DNA from: Catajapyx aquilonaris
Lineage: Eukaryota
Assembly (NCBI GenBank): GCA_000934665.2
Contig: JYFJ02000128.1
Coordinates: 62,001-126,000, forward strand
Direction: 5' to 3'
DNA length: 64,000 nucleotides
Shown here: positions 51,917-64,000 of the stretch, piece after piece
Position numbering within the stretch: the first letter of the stretch is position 1
How the letters are laid out: the number at the start of each line of letters is the position of its first letter
Notes under the pieces: generated by a model
Told to the model about the DNA's origin: nothing
Seen by the model: only the letters and a program-made list of their open reading frames with translations
Databases searched by the model: none
Program-made: the position numbers and the translations under genes

Positions 51917-54299
51917 AGACAAGATTATGTCCTTAATATCTTAATATCTGGTCGCTCCATCCTTTTAACGGGAAATATATCTGCAGTTTAAATTAGTACA
52001 AGTATGTTTCTCATGGTCCTTCAATAACCGTTAGATATTATATCAGTTGAAGAGTTGTGGAATCAGTGGGCATCATATATACACATAGGGCTCGTGTACT
52101 TCTTGTGATAACTTGAAAAGGAATAGGATTTCAGAGTACAGTACTTTGTTAAAATTAATGTGCAGACGACCATCACTGACTATATACGACAGCTCTCGGA
52201 ATCATTTTCTTCCCAGAACCATCTGGACCATGCAGCATTTCACGCATCCAAAAACAGTAGACTTAAGTGTACTCTCCGTAAGTTATTTACTCTGGAACAT
52301 ACTGCAGAGACACTCCTGAAAGTCCGCTAGAAGCCCTATGTAATGAACGGGCCGAGAGAGCAAAGTATACATTACAAATAGTGTTTTGCATGAAGCACTC
52401 TGCAAGACGTCTACGGACACAGGTCTTAAGTAGGCTCTGTTAGCCAGCCAACTTCAGCAATGGCGAAATGCTACATAATAGCAACAAAAATGGACAATAC
52501 CTATTCATATTATTGTATTTATCTGCAAGAATTAATTGATTGCCAGTTCCTAGAGATGATCGGCTGGTTGAGACCAGGAGGTACGTTACTACCTGGAATT
52601 TTGTACCTGCAATCACGCAACGACTACGCATGTATATTACATTGTGAAAGGCAGGCGCCTGAGCACACTATTTTGATGATCAGTCATCTTCTTGCCCGGA
52701 TTCTTGTGAAGGGGCGTTGTGCCCTTCGCCCCACCACACAGAAAAGCAGGAAACGCCCCTGCGAGCTCCTCTCATTGTGCCTCAGAAAGAAGAAGTAAAA
52801 AAAAAAAAAAAGGAGAAGAAGGTACATTTTTTGGAAGGAGGAAGGCCGCACACTCAAGTCCCGTTCGTCTGGAAAGAGTCAAAACCCTCGTGCTCTATGA
52901 GGGCTGACCAGAGTTTTCCCGATTACTAATCGCCTGTTCAGGCGCCAAGTCTAACACGAGAGAAGCCAAAACATCCACGCATGGCCCTACCTAACAATTA
53001 ATTTACGGCCCACATCTATTTAAAAAGAGAGTCGTAATAGCGACGAGACATGCTGTTACGTTCCCCTTTTAATGTCATGAATTTGTGCTGCTGCATTATG
53101 CATTGTTATTGTGCATGTAGGACACACCCATAAAAGTGGAAAAGGCGCACGTTTCTACAACTAAATGCCAGCCAAAATTAGTTAAAACCAGTGGCATCGA
53201 GAATATCAGACTGTTGTTGTCTGGCTGCCATATGACCTAGTCATATACAGTGCATAACAAAAGGGGGGAAATGCACTTTACTTGACGCCCTACGTAACAC
53301 GTAAAGATAAAGCGGTCTTTGGACAGTGGAAGTAACGACCCCGTGGGGTAACTACCATAGCAACACACTGTTGTAAGTAAACAAGCTACCCCATGGGAGA
53401 GTTACCCCTAGTCCAGACTACGGCCAAATAGCAATGCAGGACTAATCGTTTCTGCGGAGCAAGCTGCCAAAAGCTTACCTCAGTATGTTACTTATTTATT
53501 TTGTTACTGCACATACCCAGAGGATAGAACGACCCTTTAGGGACGGTTTTTAAAAAAGAAATAGTCGAATTGTCATAAATGCAGGTATGATGCGACGGGG
53601 TCAACCTAATTACACCTGTCCAACACATCAATATCCAAAAATGTTACCTCTCAAAGCCAGTGTTTGAAACTAGTTTTTGCTACTTCATCCCTGTTATAAA
53701 CTGGCCACATTAGCTTCGAGATAACCAAACTTTCAGAGGCTAGTCCAGCGTCACTTGTTCAACATCCCCAGGCCTCCCAAACCCAAAACAACGCAACATC
53801 CGCAAATTGCAAACCATAGTTACACACACTAAAAACCGCATCACTCGAACAAATTTTTAACCACCCCTACATTACAGCCCGTTTTTTTCTCTTTCTTTCC
53901 ACACACATTATGCAATGTGGGCTCATAATGTACGCCACGTGTCGTTTAATCTCCGCCCGCGCACATTCAATTTCTTATCACCCTGTACGGTATCCCCACC
54001 TTTTTCGCACGACACTATTACCAGTCTGACCTCGACCCTGCCTCCCTTTTTATTAAAACCTTTAGACACCCAGACGTGGTGCCCTCAAGGCCCAATTTCT
54101 GAATCCAGCTTCCCAAGGATGTGTCATTCAGCTCCTCGAATGTGTAACTAGGAAGGAAGACTAGCATTATATAGCATTTGTCTGCATGCTATTTCTGGAT
54201 CTTACGGTGACATGGGGCGACCAACACAGTTAAGACAACAGACCCCAATGGCCTTGGCTCTGTCGACAACTTCCGCACTTTTTGGACGATGACATGACT

Positions 54300-54430
54300 T
54301 GAATTCAGCAAAGTCACGCAAAACTTCCATGGATATATGATGAAGTGGGCAATAGCAAAAGAGATTACATTGAAAGAGACGTCAATGGCCCCCAGGGAGT
54401 GGTCCGGAGGTGGATACTTTATTGCGACTG
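54300..54430 (+). mobile_element. Possible Tc1/mariner transposase remnant
   Basis: IQQSHAK (FQQDNA-like) is followed after a frameshift by QWPPGS (WPP.SPDL-like). Confidence 0.22.
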
Positions 54431-57400
54431 GTTCCGACCAGTCTTTTCGGTTTCGATTTTCGGACAAACGAGTACTGTTAGGAAGCACGGTTCAAGGCTC
54501 GAAAATTACTGGACTATTCGACTCGATTAATCGGGGGGTCCGATTTTTATTCCATACTAGAGAGCTAGAATTAGGCGTGGGCCGATCATAAATCCCAGTA
54601 GCAGGCCGGGGCCAAATGAGTTGAACGAAGAAACAGACTGGCCCACGGTGTCGAAAAGGAACGTTGTACTGTTTGGGTTGCGTCTTAATTTTTCCAACAT
54701 GTTATTACAACCCGGACTCTACACGTACCCAAAAATGCGTCGACAACCGATAATTAATTTAAGTTAATTTTTAAAATGTAACCCACAATAATTATGAAAA
54801 CCACTATTTATTTAATGTTGTTTCGTCCCCATTTTGCCAGCTGAGTTAGTAGATCCCGCACATAAATTTCGAAACTTGAGTTGCACTGCAATCATTCAAC
54901 CTTACCCACAGCCAGAGGGGCTCAGGCTATTCCGAGTGCGTTTATGGGCATTTGCATTTGTAAACTAGCAAACTACTTTGAATGAATCGAGTTGTGGAAT
55001 TACACCTCTCGCCCCGTCGGCTACTAACCTGTCAATGGAACCGGGCGGTTTTCGATTAAACCATCTCCCTTTTAAAAGCCGTTGACACACCGCCGGATAT
55101 ACCGTCCCACCCGTGCAGTGATGTCAAGATCATAATAAAACCCCGAGCCCTCTCATTTCCTCGAATTCGTACTCAGAAGCAAAAAAATAAAAATAAAGTC
55201 AAGCCGAGCACTTCTAATCTGGCAGACATTTTGCAATTCTCCGAATGGTGCAAACTGGAGCAGCCGGTGACAAAGGGCAACCAGGAAGGAAAAGGCTGAG
55301 GGTAAAAAACCACTTCGCGAGTCACATTTCGCTGAAAACGCTGACATAATAAAGTAAGACGAGACTAAAAGCACTATACTGCATACTTAGCACGAAATGA
55401 AGGGACGGCTACGGTACAACAAAAAAGCAAAAAAAGCGTTGCTGCCAACTTTCAACCTAACGTCGGATCACATGTCCCACGTGTAGCCTATAAATACCTC
55501 CTTGGCTTATCCTGGAAACCAAATCATGGGTAACCCCTTTCAAGTGGAGCCCGGGATGTTTAGAAAATGCAACGGAAAGCAGATAAGATTTTTTTTTTAA
55601 AGTGCAGCAGGAAACGACCTCTTTGGGTTATAATCATTCGTGACCCAAACCAAGGTGGTCCGTCATCTTAGTAAATTACGCTAAATATTTTTTCAAAGAC
55701 GAGTTAATCACTTGTCAATTTTTGTACAGATCCAGGATACAGCCTGAGGTAGAGCAGCAAATGCACGAACTGGATCCATCAACTTCCAGTTTTCCTTCGG
55801 TTTCCCTTTTGCGATGGGCGCTGATTGATCCACCACAGCTTGTAAATGAACCGTTTACTCCAACACTAATAACACAGTCACGAACTTTTTTTAGTTGATC
55901 AGATGCTCTCGAAAAACCAACAATTCCAAATTTAATTAGAATAGTGGGGGTTAGAAAGCAGGGGGTTGGATGAGATTTATCGGGCTTTTCGGAATTAAAT
56001 CCGCGGCATGAAGGGCGTTTCAGTGCTGCTTGGCGCTTATGCAGTATTTCTTGGAGCAATTGAGCGGTTTTTGTGGGGCGTGGAAAACTTTTTGGGGAAG
56101 TCTCAAGTTTGTTAGAGAAAGGCGAGTTACAAAGTTTGACTTCACACTGAGTCTGAGAGAGAAATTTACCTTAAAACTGTTACGTCCATCTCAATAATTA
56201 TACAAATCCTAATCTGCATATGCACTTACCCCAAATTATGATGATTTTTTCACATTTTCTCCAGAATATATTGACACACGACAGTTTAATTATGATAATT
56301 TTGATGTCAATGTGAATTAATTCTTCAGTCAAATAAACAAAATAATAGCCAGGTATGTTGAATTATTTTTTTACTGGAAACCTTTTGCTATTTGAAGTGT
56401 ACATAATTCAGCAAATAAACATCGGTCGCCCTCACTACCTCAACAATATTTTTTGTGCACTTGACACCATTTCCTAAACCCTTTTTCCGCCGCAGTCATT
56501 GAATTGTAAACCATGTTACCCCCAGCCCGGCAATACATTACGCCCTAGAGCCGATATATTGAACAGGTGTAACACCCTAGAGAAACACAAATCCCCACCT
56601 CGCCGCTTATACATACAACACCGGCGCCTGTAATATGTAACTCCCAGCTTCCGCCTTCCTAAACACCTTAGTGAACAATGTGCCAGAACAATGCCCATGA
56701 ATGCAAAGCATCATTATTCATTAAAGCTCGGGCCTGCAAGACGCTGGAATTTCTGCTGATTCACATTCGGACTTGGACTTAAAGGCGGAAGAGCACGTAA
56801 CTTGAGCACCATCTTTGTCTGCAACTTCCAAAGTTATGTTCCTTCTCCTTCTCAGGTTCTTCTTATCCTTTTTTCTTCAACCCTGACCCTTTGGCTTCTA
56901 CACCAAGGAAGCGACGGAAATGGCTTCTAGCCTGGACTTGTCTTATGGGGGTTTTACCTTATGGAGGGGTTTCGCCTCTCTTTACGGCCAAGTGAGCGTA
57001 AATCACTATGAGCAGAGAGAGATCAACAGGATGCTAACTGAGAGAGCTATTTGCAATGCAGACTAGGATCCATCATCGACCTGGCTTGTGTCCCACCTGT
57101 TGACTCACCTGTACTGTTCTTCCCACGCCGCAAAAGCGATTTTTATGATTCTTTCGCAGCTTTCCTTTTTTCGGAGCTACGATAATCCTCCTTGCCTTTA
57201 TGGCTGCTGGCTGCAAACCAGTTCCCGTAGCTAATACGTAAAACGTGAATTCAAGCTCCGCCCAATAGGCATAATGTTGCTTTAAAGCTAGATTGAGAGA
57301 TGGACAGAAAAACGATGCAGAAGCCACCGTGCCGCAAATGCAATCATCATAAAGATCACCGGTTTTTACACGTCAACATGAGGCATTTTTGCAATTAAAT

Positions 57401-59483
57401 TTCAATACTGTATAAACCATGACAAAAACGATCAATTGATTATTGACATCTATTGACATATTTGCATAGTAATGAATGTTGCTAATATTGACATGTGTTA
57501 TACATATATTTAATAATTATCTGTCTCCTTACCAAGCCATTCCGCGTTTGGGAATCTGTAGGTTACTTGCTTATAAAAATAAGTCGGGCGACAAAGTCGG
57601 TGGTTTATCGGTATCGTCACCTTTCCCATTCAGAACTGAAAATACTAAATGTGTCGATGATACCAGGCTTATCTTAGCAAAGGACACGAACTGGCCACAC
57701 ATAATAAATTTATGATCCTCCCACATTGACCTTCAGATATCAAAACTCTCACATGCTGTTATCAGTCAGAGAAAGAAAAAAAAAGATCCAACACTGCCAC
57801 AGTTAAATCTATACAAATGTGAAAACATATCCTTATACTAACTCTCCCGTTGTCAAACTCAAAAAGAAGACGAACCAAGCTGCAATTCGAGTCCTCCCCA
57901 GACGGACTGCGTGAAATTTGTCTTCCGTGGACGTCAAGAGGGGAAGAGACAAGCTTCCAGATCCCCCGCGGCGCATGTTGGGTCCTTCTCACAGGCTTGT
58001 CCGTATTCTCCAGATCTGCACATTGTTCCAGACGTCACAATTGTAATTGTGGTCTCATCTCCACTCGCAAATAGGATTAATGCGAGTTATGATTGATGTT
58101 TATCGCCTCTGTCCATAACAAGATTGGCACTTGGAGAATGACATTAATCACGTTATGCTCTGTTATGATTGAGAGTTATTTAGTAGAGGCCATATCTGTC
58201 TACGTTGTACAGCCGCGTTATTAATTACTTTTATTCGATTTGAAATTCATTTGAATGGGTGAAATCAGGTCACATTGTTCAAAGGTCATGTTATGTAATA
58301 TCTACAAGCGTAATCAGTCTTGTAAAAAAACATGTTGACCTATGCCCCTTTTGCTGATAGGTGTCATTTATTGTGATTCTCAGGTACAAACAATGGGCAT
58401 GACCCTCAAATATGACCTCTCTATCACAGGAAGGACTGACAGCGACGGATGTTCCTTCTGACCCTTCCGACGCCTTTCAATCTGAACCCTTCACCCCCCA
58501 CAGATAATTGGCGGTACACCATGCTGTCCATACGACCTCCCCGTTTGGCAATGACCATCGCCCAGTTTAGATTCCTCACGCCCATAAAAAGTCCTTATCT
58601 GGCTTGACATTAATGGGTCTGACAGTCACAAAACCCGTATACGACGGTTTTTTTTTGTGTGCATGTGTGTCCGCGCTTCTTGACTCGTAACCACGCATTT
58701 GTACGTTGAGGGGTTCTCTTTTCTAGTCTGTGTCCCCTTAAACGACCCCTACCAGTTATTAACAACTTCCTTGCCGGAAAGTTGACAGGCCTTTCAGTCT
58801 AACATGCCTGGAACACCGCCCCGTAGAGGTCACAGGCTGATAAATGTCGCCCTTGTTCTTTTCCAGAACACACCAAACGGATGGTACATTTCCAAATATA
58901 GAATTTGGCCACAGTTACATACGTTCAAAATTCGCCAACTTTTCTATTCAAAAATGCTGGTGACCAAAGTGGCACAAAGGTGCGTAATGTCAACTGCTCT
59001 TATATTAGAACTGCACATTGTACTTGGCCTATTGTGTTATGGCGTCGATCCAGGGGGTCAGTGAACACCTGACTGTGAAATCACCCTCATATATTCACAT
59101 CCTCAACTTCCTGATCAAGAAACCAGCTAATGTCAATCTGCACCGTAATATTAAATTGATAAAAAATATATATATCGAAACGTGCCCTTTGCCCTCACGG
59201 TGGGGGGTTAAAAATTTGAAGGAGGTTGCAATACAAACGTCCAATTTTCCTTTCGGTTTGCCTTCCACCTGAATGCAAGTCAAGCCTCAATCCTCCACTA
59301 TTTCCCTCTACTCAAGTGGTGGGGGGGCGAGACGGGGGTCCTTGAGCACCCCCACTTCAAGAAGAAAAACGGAAATTGAAAACTGGAGGGCACAAAAGGT
59401 TTGGGGGCAAGGCGATTCATATGGCATAGGCTTACTCCAGATCTGCACATGAAGACCACATACCCGAATATATATTTAAAAAA

Positions 59484-59830
59484 GTGTGCAATATTCTCAA
59501 AAGCATCTCAAGGCATTTCCGCCGATTTCAATTAGACGCCCTCTTGGTACCAATACGATTCCAAGGACCCTCGCAAAACTTGCATCCAAGGTTTTTCCTA
59601 GGCTCAAGCCAATGTGGCAGGTGCGAGATGCAGCGTTCATTTTTAGTTTCCCGGCTTCAAACATTGTTGACATTTTCGCGCGTACTGCAGGGGAGAGACC
59701 GTACACCACCCCTCAAAGTGCGAAAGATATACGAAGCATTTGTTTGCAGTGCAAATAAACACTGCAATACAAGTGCAAGCAGCCTTGAAATGCTGAAGCT
59801 TTGCTCAAGTCGCGGGTGTGCCCAAAAGCA
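59484..59830 (+). mobile_element. Possible hAT transposase remnant
   Basis: RHFRR in one frame. LKPMWQVRDAAF...NIVDIF...SAKDI in another frame resembles the hAT LK...TRW..R..A helix region. Confidence 0.3.
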
Positions 59831-61153
59831 ATTCGTTTTCAAATCAAATCCTACGGAGTGGATTTAACAATAACAGACTTTAATTACAGGAACTCAAATT
59901 TAATCGCGTCACAATTAACACAAATTAATATTAATTTCTTACACTTACTCCTGTCGAGAAACAACAACTGCATTACCTAGAATTATAATTAATCGCAGGT
60001 ACAATTACTCCAGACCTGTAATAATTTAAGCCTACTAGGCTAGTAATAATGCTGATAGATCGCCAGCTCCCGGAACATCCTATTATTAGAACGTGAGAAA
60101 TCCAGGCGAAATATTCCAAGCTTCCCAAAAAATGACCACTTATCTGACATAACACAAACTCAATCTTCCTCCACTTAACCTTCATGTGTCCAGGATCCCC
60201 GCCGCCGATTACGTTGATTTACAAACAAGCGTCCTCCAAATTTAAGTCAGCATGCCCCATTAGTTTGCCCGCCCCTTTTGCAGCTGCCTTTGCTCCTCGT
60301 CTTCACATGGGATGAACCCAAGAGGCTTGGGTGTCCGTTGACAACATCCACATAACACCCTACCCACTGATGTAATATTACGCCCCCTCAGTAAAGTGGT
60401 ACAACTTCCTAAAATTGCACCTGGACTGGTATGTAACTGACCTAGTTGGCAGAGGGTACGCGACACCACGTGTGTTGTTGCATCGCTGTCCTTTTCGACT
60501 AATCTAATGGGCTTGTTTGCACTCGAAAAACCGCAGACCTGGCGCCTTGGGAAGGATACGGTTAATTTGGTGGTCATTTTATCAATAATGTGTGCGGACC
60601 AAGTACCCAATACTTGGCCCGGATGGAGCACGTTAGAAATCTGAAACTAGGTATGGGATTTCAGTTCTGGTGTACTAATGTCCCATATTTTTTGCGGTCG
60701 GAATCGACAAGGGTACCGGTGTCCTATCATTCATATCAAATACGGAAGAGCCATTCGTACACTTCCAAACGACCGATAAAGGTTGCGAAAGGGACTTCGG
60801 TTTTCGATGAAAAGGAAAGGACAGCTACTATCATCATCTTGAGATCTGGAGGCTATAAATCTGATGGCATCGTGGGAAAATGTGGTCTCGGCGCAAAAGG
60901 ATTATTTATGTCGCGATTGCCAACTTTTTTGGAAACGAGGCGGGAGGGATGGAATGAAATGGACCTATTTGCCAAGCAGAAACTTCCTCTCGTCGACAAG
61001 AAACGTCCATGTCAAAGCGACGGTTCTGACATCAAATGGAAGCTGTCCCACTCTCAGGATATGCAAACTGGAGAGCTGTCAGCCGAATTGCAAATAAGCA
61101 GACTGCAAACTTCCAGCTCGTTACATCGCATTTTTTTAAAGACACTTGCTTAC

Positions 61154-61255
61154 CTGGTTAGCAACATCTTCGGCCCACAGTTGTTGTTGTTGAACACAGC
61201 ACAGCACCACCACTACCAGAAGTAGCCGTCGTGCAGTCCACAGTTCAATCCCCAT
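61154..61255 (-). CDS. trol: Perlecan coding exon 1: signal peptide MGIELWTARRLLLVVVVLCCVQQQQLWAEDVANQ
   Basis: ATG at 61255-61253 and 34 open codons with an RR n-region, hydrophobic core and LWA|E cleavage-like site. It ends CAG|GTAAGC in phase 0, matching the phase-0 acceptor at 17653. A 3' splice site (tttatatacag) lies 8 nt upstream of the ATG, so the exon starts at 61263. Confidence 0.8.
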
Positions 61256-64000
61256 CGCAGCGTCTGTATATAAACACACGTATAGTCAATGCACGTGTCA
61301 CATGTGCATGGTCATCTGTCACACCCCCGCACAACACTTCTCGCCGGGTTTGATGTGAAGAAAACGGGACAAGGAGGAAAGATGGTCTGTGCTGGTGGAG
61401 CTACAGCCAAGTCTCCGACCTCAAACCCGCCGGGCCGGCAGACGAACACCCCCACCCCCAACTATACACCCCAACTACCCCCTCTCCAGTTCCCCCTCTC
61501 CATCCCCCNACTCCGGAGGTGCTGCCGTCTGGAGCGAGGGGCCCTAACTGGCTAACGGGGGAAATTAGTCACACGGACATTTTTTTTTTTTTTTGGTCTA
61601 ATTGTGAGGATGGTGTGTTTCTTGTGGTTGTTGGAAAATATCTACTATTGGCTGAATGTCGTGACAAAAATTTCAAATTAATAAGTACTATTGCGAACAA
61701 AAAGGTGGGGGGCCACTGTTCCAATTTGAATGCGGAACTCGGCGTATGTTTGCGTTGGAGAAGACATATCCGGTTTTCGGGTAAACTCCTTGGAGACGTG
61801 TAATACGATCGTCTTTATCATCATGTCGGCGAGAGTACCTCCAAAATGGCTTAGCCTTAGGAGAGAATCAAGAGGGAAATATTTTGGATCCTAAAAGTTA
61901 ATTGAAGTTATAGCTGCGTATGCCCTTGGTGTAGAATTACTGAACTCTGAACAAAATTATCAGAGCCAGTACAGACACTTTGGCTAATTCAATGGGCAAA
62001 AACCATTTTAATAAAATAGAATTGCATCATGCAAATCAACACTTCCATTCGATAGGAATCGATAGCGCTAAAAGTGTAGATGATTTCACTTTGACGGACA
62101 TTGAAGAGCATGACTTGTAAAACTGTTCGGGGATGTTCAAAGCTGCTATTACCGAACAATGTTGATCTGGCTAATTATTACAGGCGACAATTCGAGTAAT
62201 TAAGCAAGGTGGACACTATCTTATACGTCAACGCCGGGCAATCTACCTGCATATCTTATGAAGGAAAGTCGTAACTCATTAGGGTCACCCTCGTCGTTTG
62301 AATAATTAAGTCTTTCTATATCGGTTTTCAATTTGTGCCGTAAACAGTAATCCGGTGGTGATCCTGCCTTTCGGCAGCAATCCATGAATCTATCCAGATT
62401 AGGTGAGGTTGAGGGAACTTTCACGATAAATTCATGAATGGTTTCAGAGTGAGATCAAATGCCGCTCCAATACACTGCACACTTTCATGTAAGAAATTGC
62501 ATTAATTAATTCACACTGTATGACTATTGACATTATTACTGTATGAACGCTCTTGCCTTGACGAATTAAATTGCTGATAAATTGGTCTCACTAACACAGT
62601 GCACAGTTTATGCCAGATTACGTACGTATGTGTACAAGTGATCATTAAACGTAATGCTAGATATTCCTGAATAATACAATCCGCAAGACTACCAATTTTA
62701 AAATGCATCCATCTGTGTAATTTCACAATTATGCTCTTGTTACATACACTTATACAATAACCATTTCGTGTTGATTCTACAGATATATGCTACATTAATT
62801 ATTGATGCATGTATCATAAATGGAATCGTTGATGTCATAAATTTCACTGAGCCTGTAACAATATTGACAGCTTAAGCCTGCATTCACACTAATTATTATT
62901 CCAATTAACACAGTTTGGGTTATTATATGAAAGACAAATGAGGCAATACTGTAACACCACATCAACCTTGAACATTTCTCTTTGTACACATTGCATAACA
63001 AAAATAAACCAATAGAAGCATTAATATTGTAACTCCGGAAAAAAAATCATGCCAACTGTTAAAAACCTATTCATAGGTGAGCTAGAATCGCATATTATTG
63101 ATGGCTATCGGGGTTTTTCGAATTCAAGCTGATTGTGCCCGCCCATTCACTCAAACATTTTGTTTGTAAAAGCCATCGGATTTTAGCACCGAACATCCAC
63201 TGACCGGAAAAATACATTTCACAAATTACGAACATTTTATGCCCCCATTCCTAACTGCAATACGCGCATTTAATTATCAACCATGTTAGCCACGTTGCAA
63301 TGCTCGAAACAAAAATTCCAGCTCAAACAAAAAAAAAACCACTTACTTCACTCATCCATATGACACACATCATAAAATTGAACCGAGCAGACAGTCGAAA
63401 AGTACTAAAAATCTAGCTTTTGTGTAACTCCTGCACTGAAATCCTTGGCCCCAAAATTATGCCCAATTCCAGCCAGTCCGCCTGGATGATCATCCAGGAC
63501 TAACCAGATGACCAATTTATTACATGCCAATGGGGATAAAAAGGCCCTGTCGGAACTTGTGCATCCTCTCAAAGGGCCCTTGGCCGGATGAATGTTATTG
63601 ACGGGCGTGAAATCTATGCGAAAAGAGAGTCTAGAAACCTTGGGGCGTAGTCAATCTGATTTAACCCTTTCTGATACCAGAGCTATTAATTTGGAAGGGG
63701 GGCCGTGGAGCTTGCCAAGTGCCCACGAGTTCACGGACTTCAAAAGGAGAGTTGAAAGTCAAGACTTTTGATGTTACACAACTTTGATCTAGAATTGTGC
63801 TTGGCGAGAACCAAAATTACTTTTATGCGGGTGGGCCTCACGCACGTTTGGCGCCAAAAATAAAACACTTTTGCGGAACATCTTTACGAGTGTTGGACCA
63901 AGGTCGAAGTGACCGTAAAACCTACCCCATAAGCACAGGCACACAGGGTGGTTCGGGGGTATATTATTCCAAACTGCTGAAGTTACGTCAGCGGATCTCA

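Larger units (their letters stand above)
11649..61263 (-). other. trol: Perlecan-like (basement membrane heparan sulfate proteoglycan core protein) gene, 5' portion; continues past window start
   Basis: Seven exons join in frame through GT-AG introns of 43500, 1719, 71, 1028, 1033 and 908 nt. Domain order is signal peptide, acidic EGSG region, SEA, then LDLa repeats, as in perlecan domains I-II. The second repeat (CRADTTLTCPDGSTIICEVQWCD...DCPNGEDE) resembles the CRAD-type LDLa I recall from arthropod perlecans. Identity is from motif recognition, with no database search. Confidence 0.8.

Noticed and set aside
60590..61225. 211-aa plus-strand ORF
   Set aside because: No recognisable domain or splice support. 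Its end is the antisense shadow of the signal-peptide exon.
63481..63498. Perfect 18-bp palindrome cctggatgatcatccagg
   Set aside because: About 0.24 such palindromes are expected by chance in 64 kb.
1..64000. CRISPR array, operon or prokaryotic defence system
   Set aside because: No regularly spaced repeats or long dense ORFs. The sequence is spliceosomal-intron-dominated eukaryotic DNA.

Overview
Eukaryotic DNA, almost certainly arthropod. A tick or other chelicerate is my guess from repeat texture and domain order, and it is not proven. The window holds the 5' part of one large minus-strand gene, a perlecan (trol/HSPG2-like) basement-membrane proteoglycan. I reconstructed seven GT-AG-bounded coding exons with matching phases (61255-61154, 17653-17167, 15447-15285, 15213-15047, 14018-13884, 12850-12671, 11762-11649; 1348 nt, about 449 codons). 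They encode a signal peptide, an acidic/Thr-rich N-terminal region, a SEA domain and three LDL-receptor class A repeats, and the gene continues beyond position 1. The signal-peptide exon is missing from the ORF track and lies 43.5 kb upstream of the next exon. Inside that intron is a textbook recursive-splicing ratchet-point motif (polypyrimidine-CAG|GTGAGT at 34326/34325), followed by an 86-nt cryptic exon with an in-frame stop. The rest is intronic: a decayed Sola1-like transposase, many short and badly degraded retro- and DNA-transposon fragments, an (ATT)19 microsatellite, and homopolymer-rich patches that may partly be assembly noise. I found no rRNA, intact tRNA, CRISPR array or prokaryotic genes.
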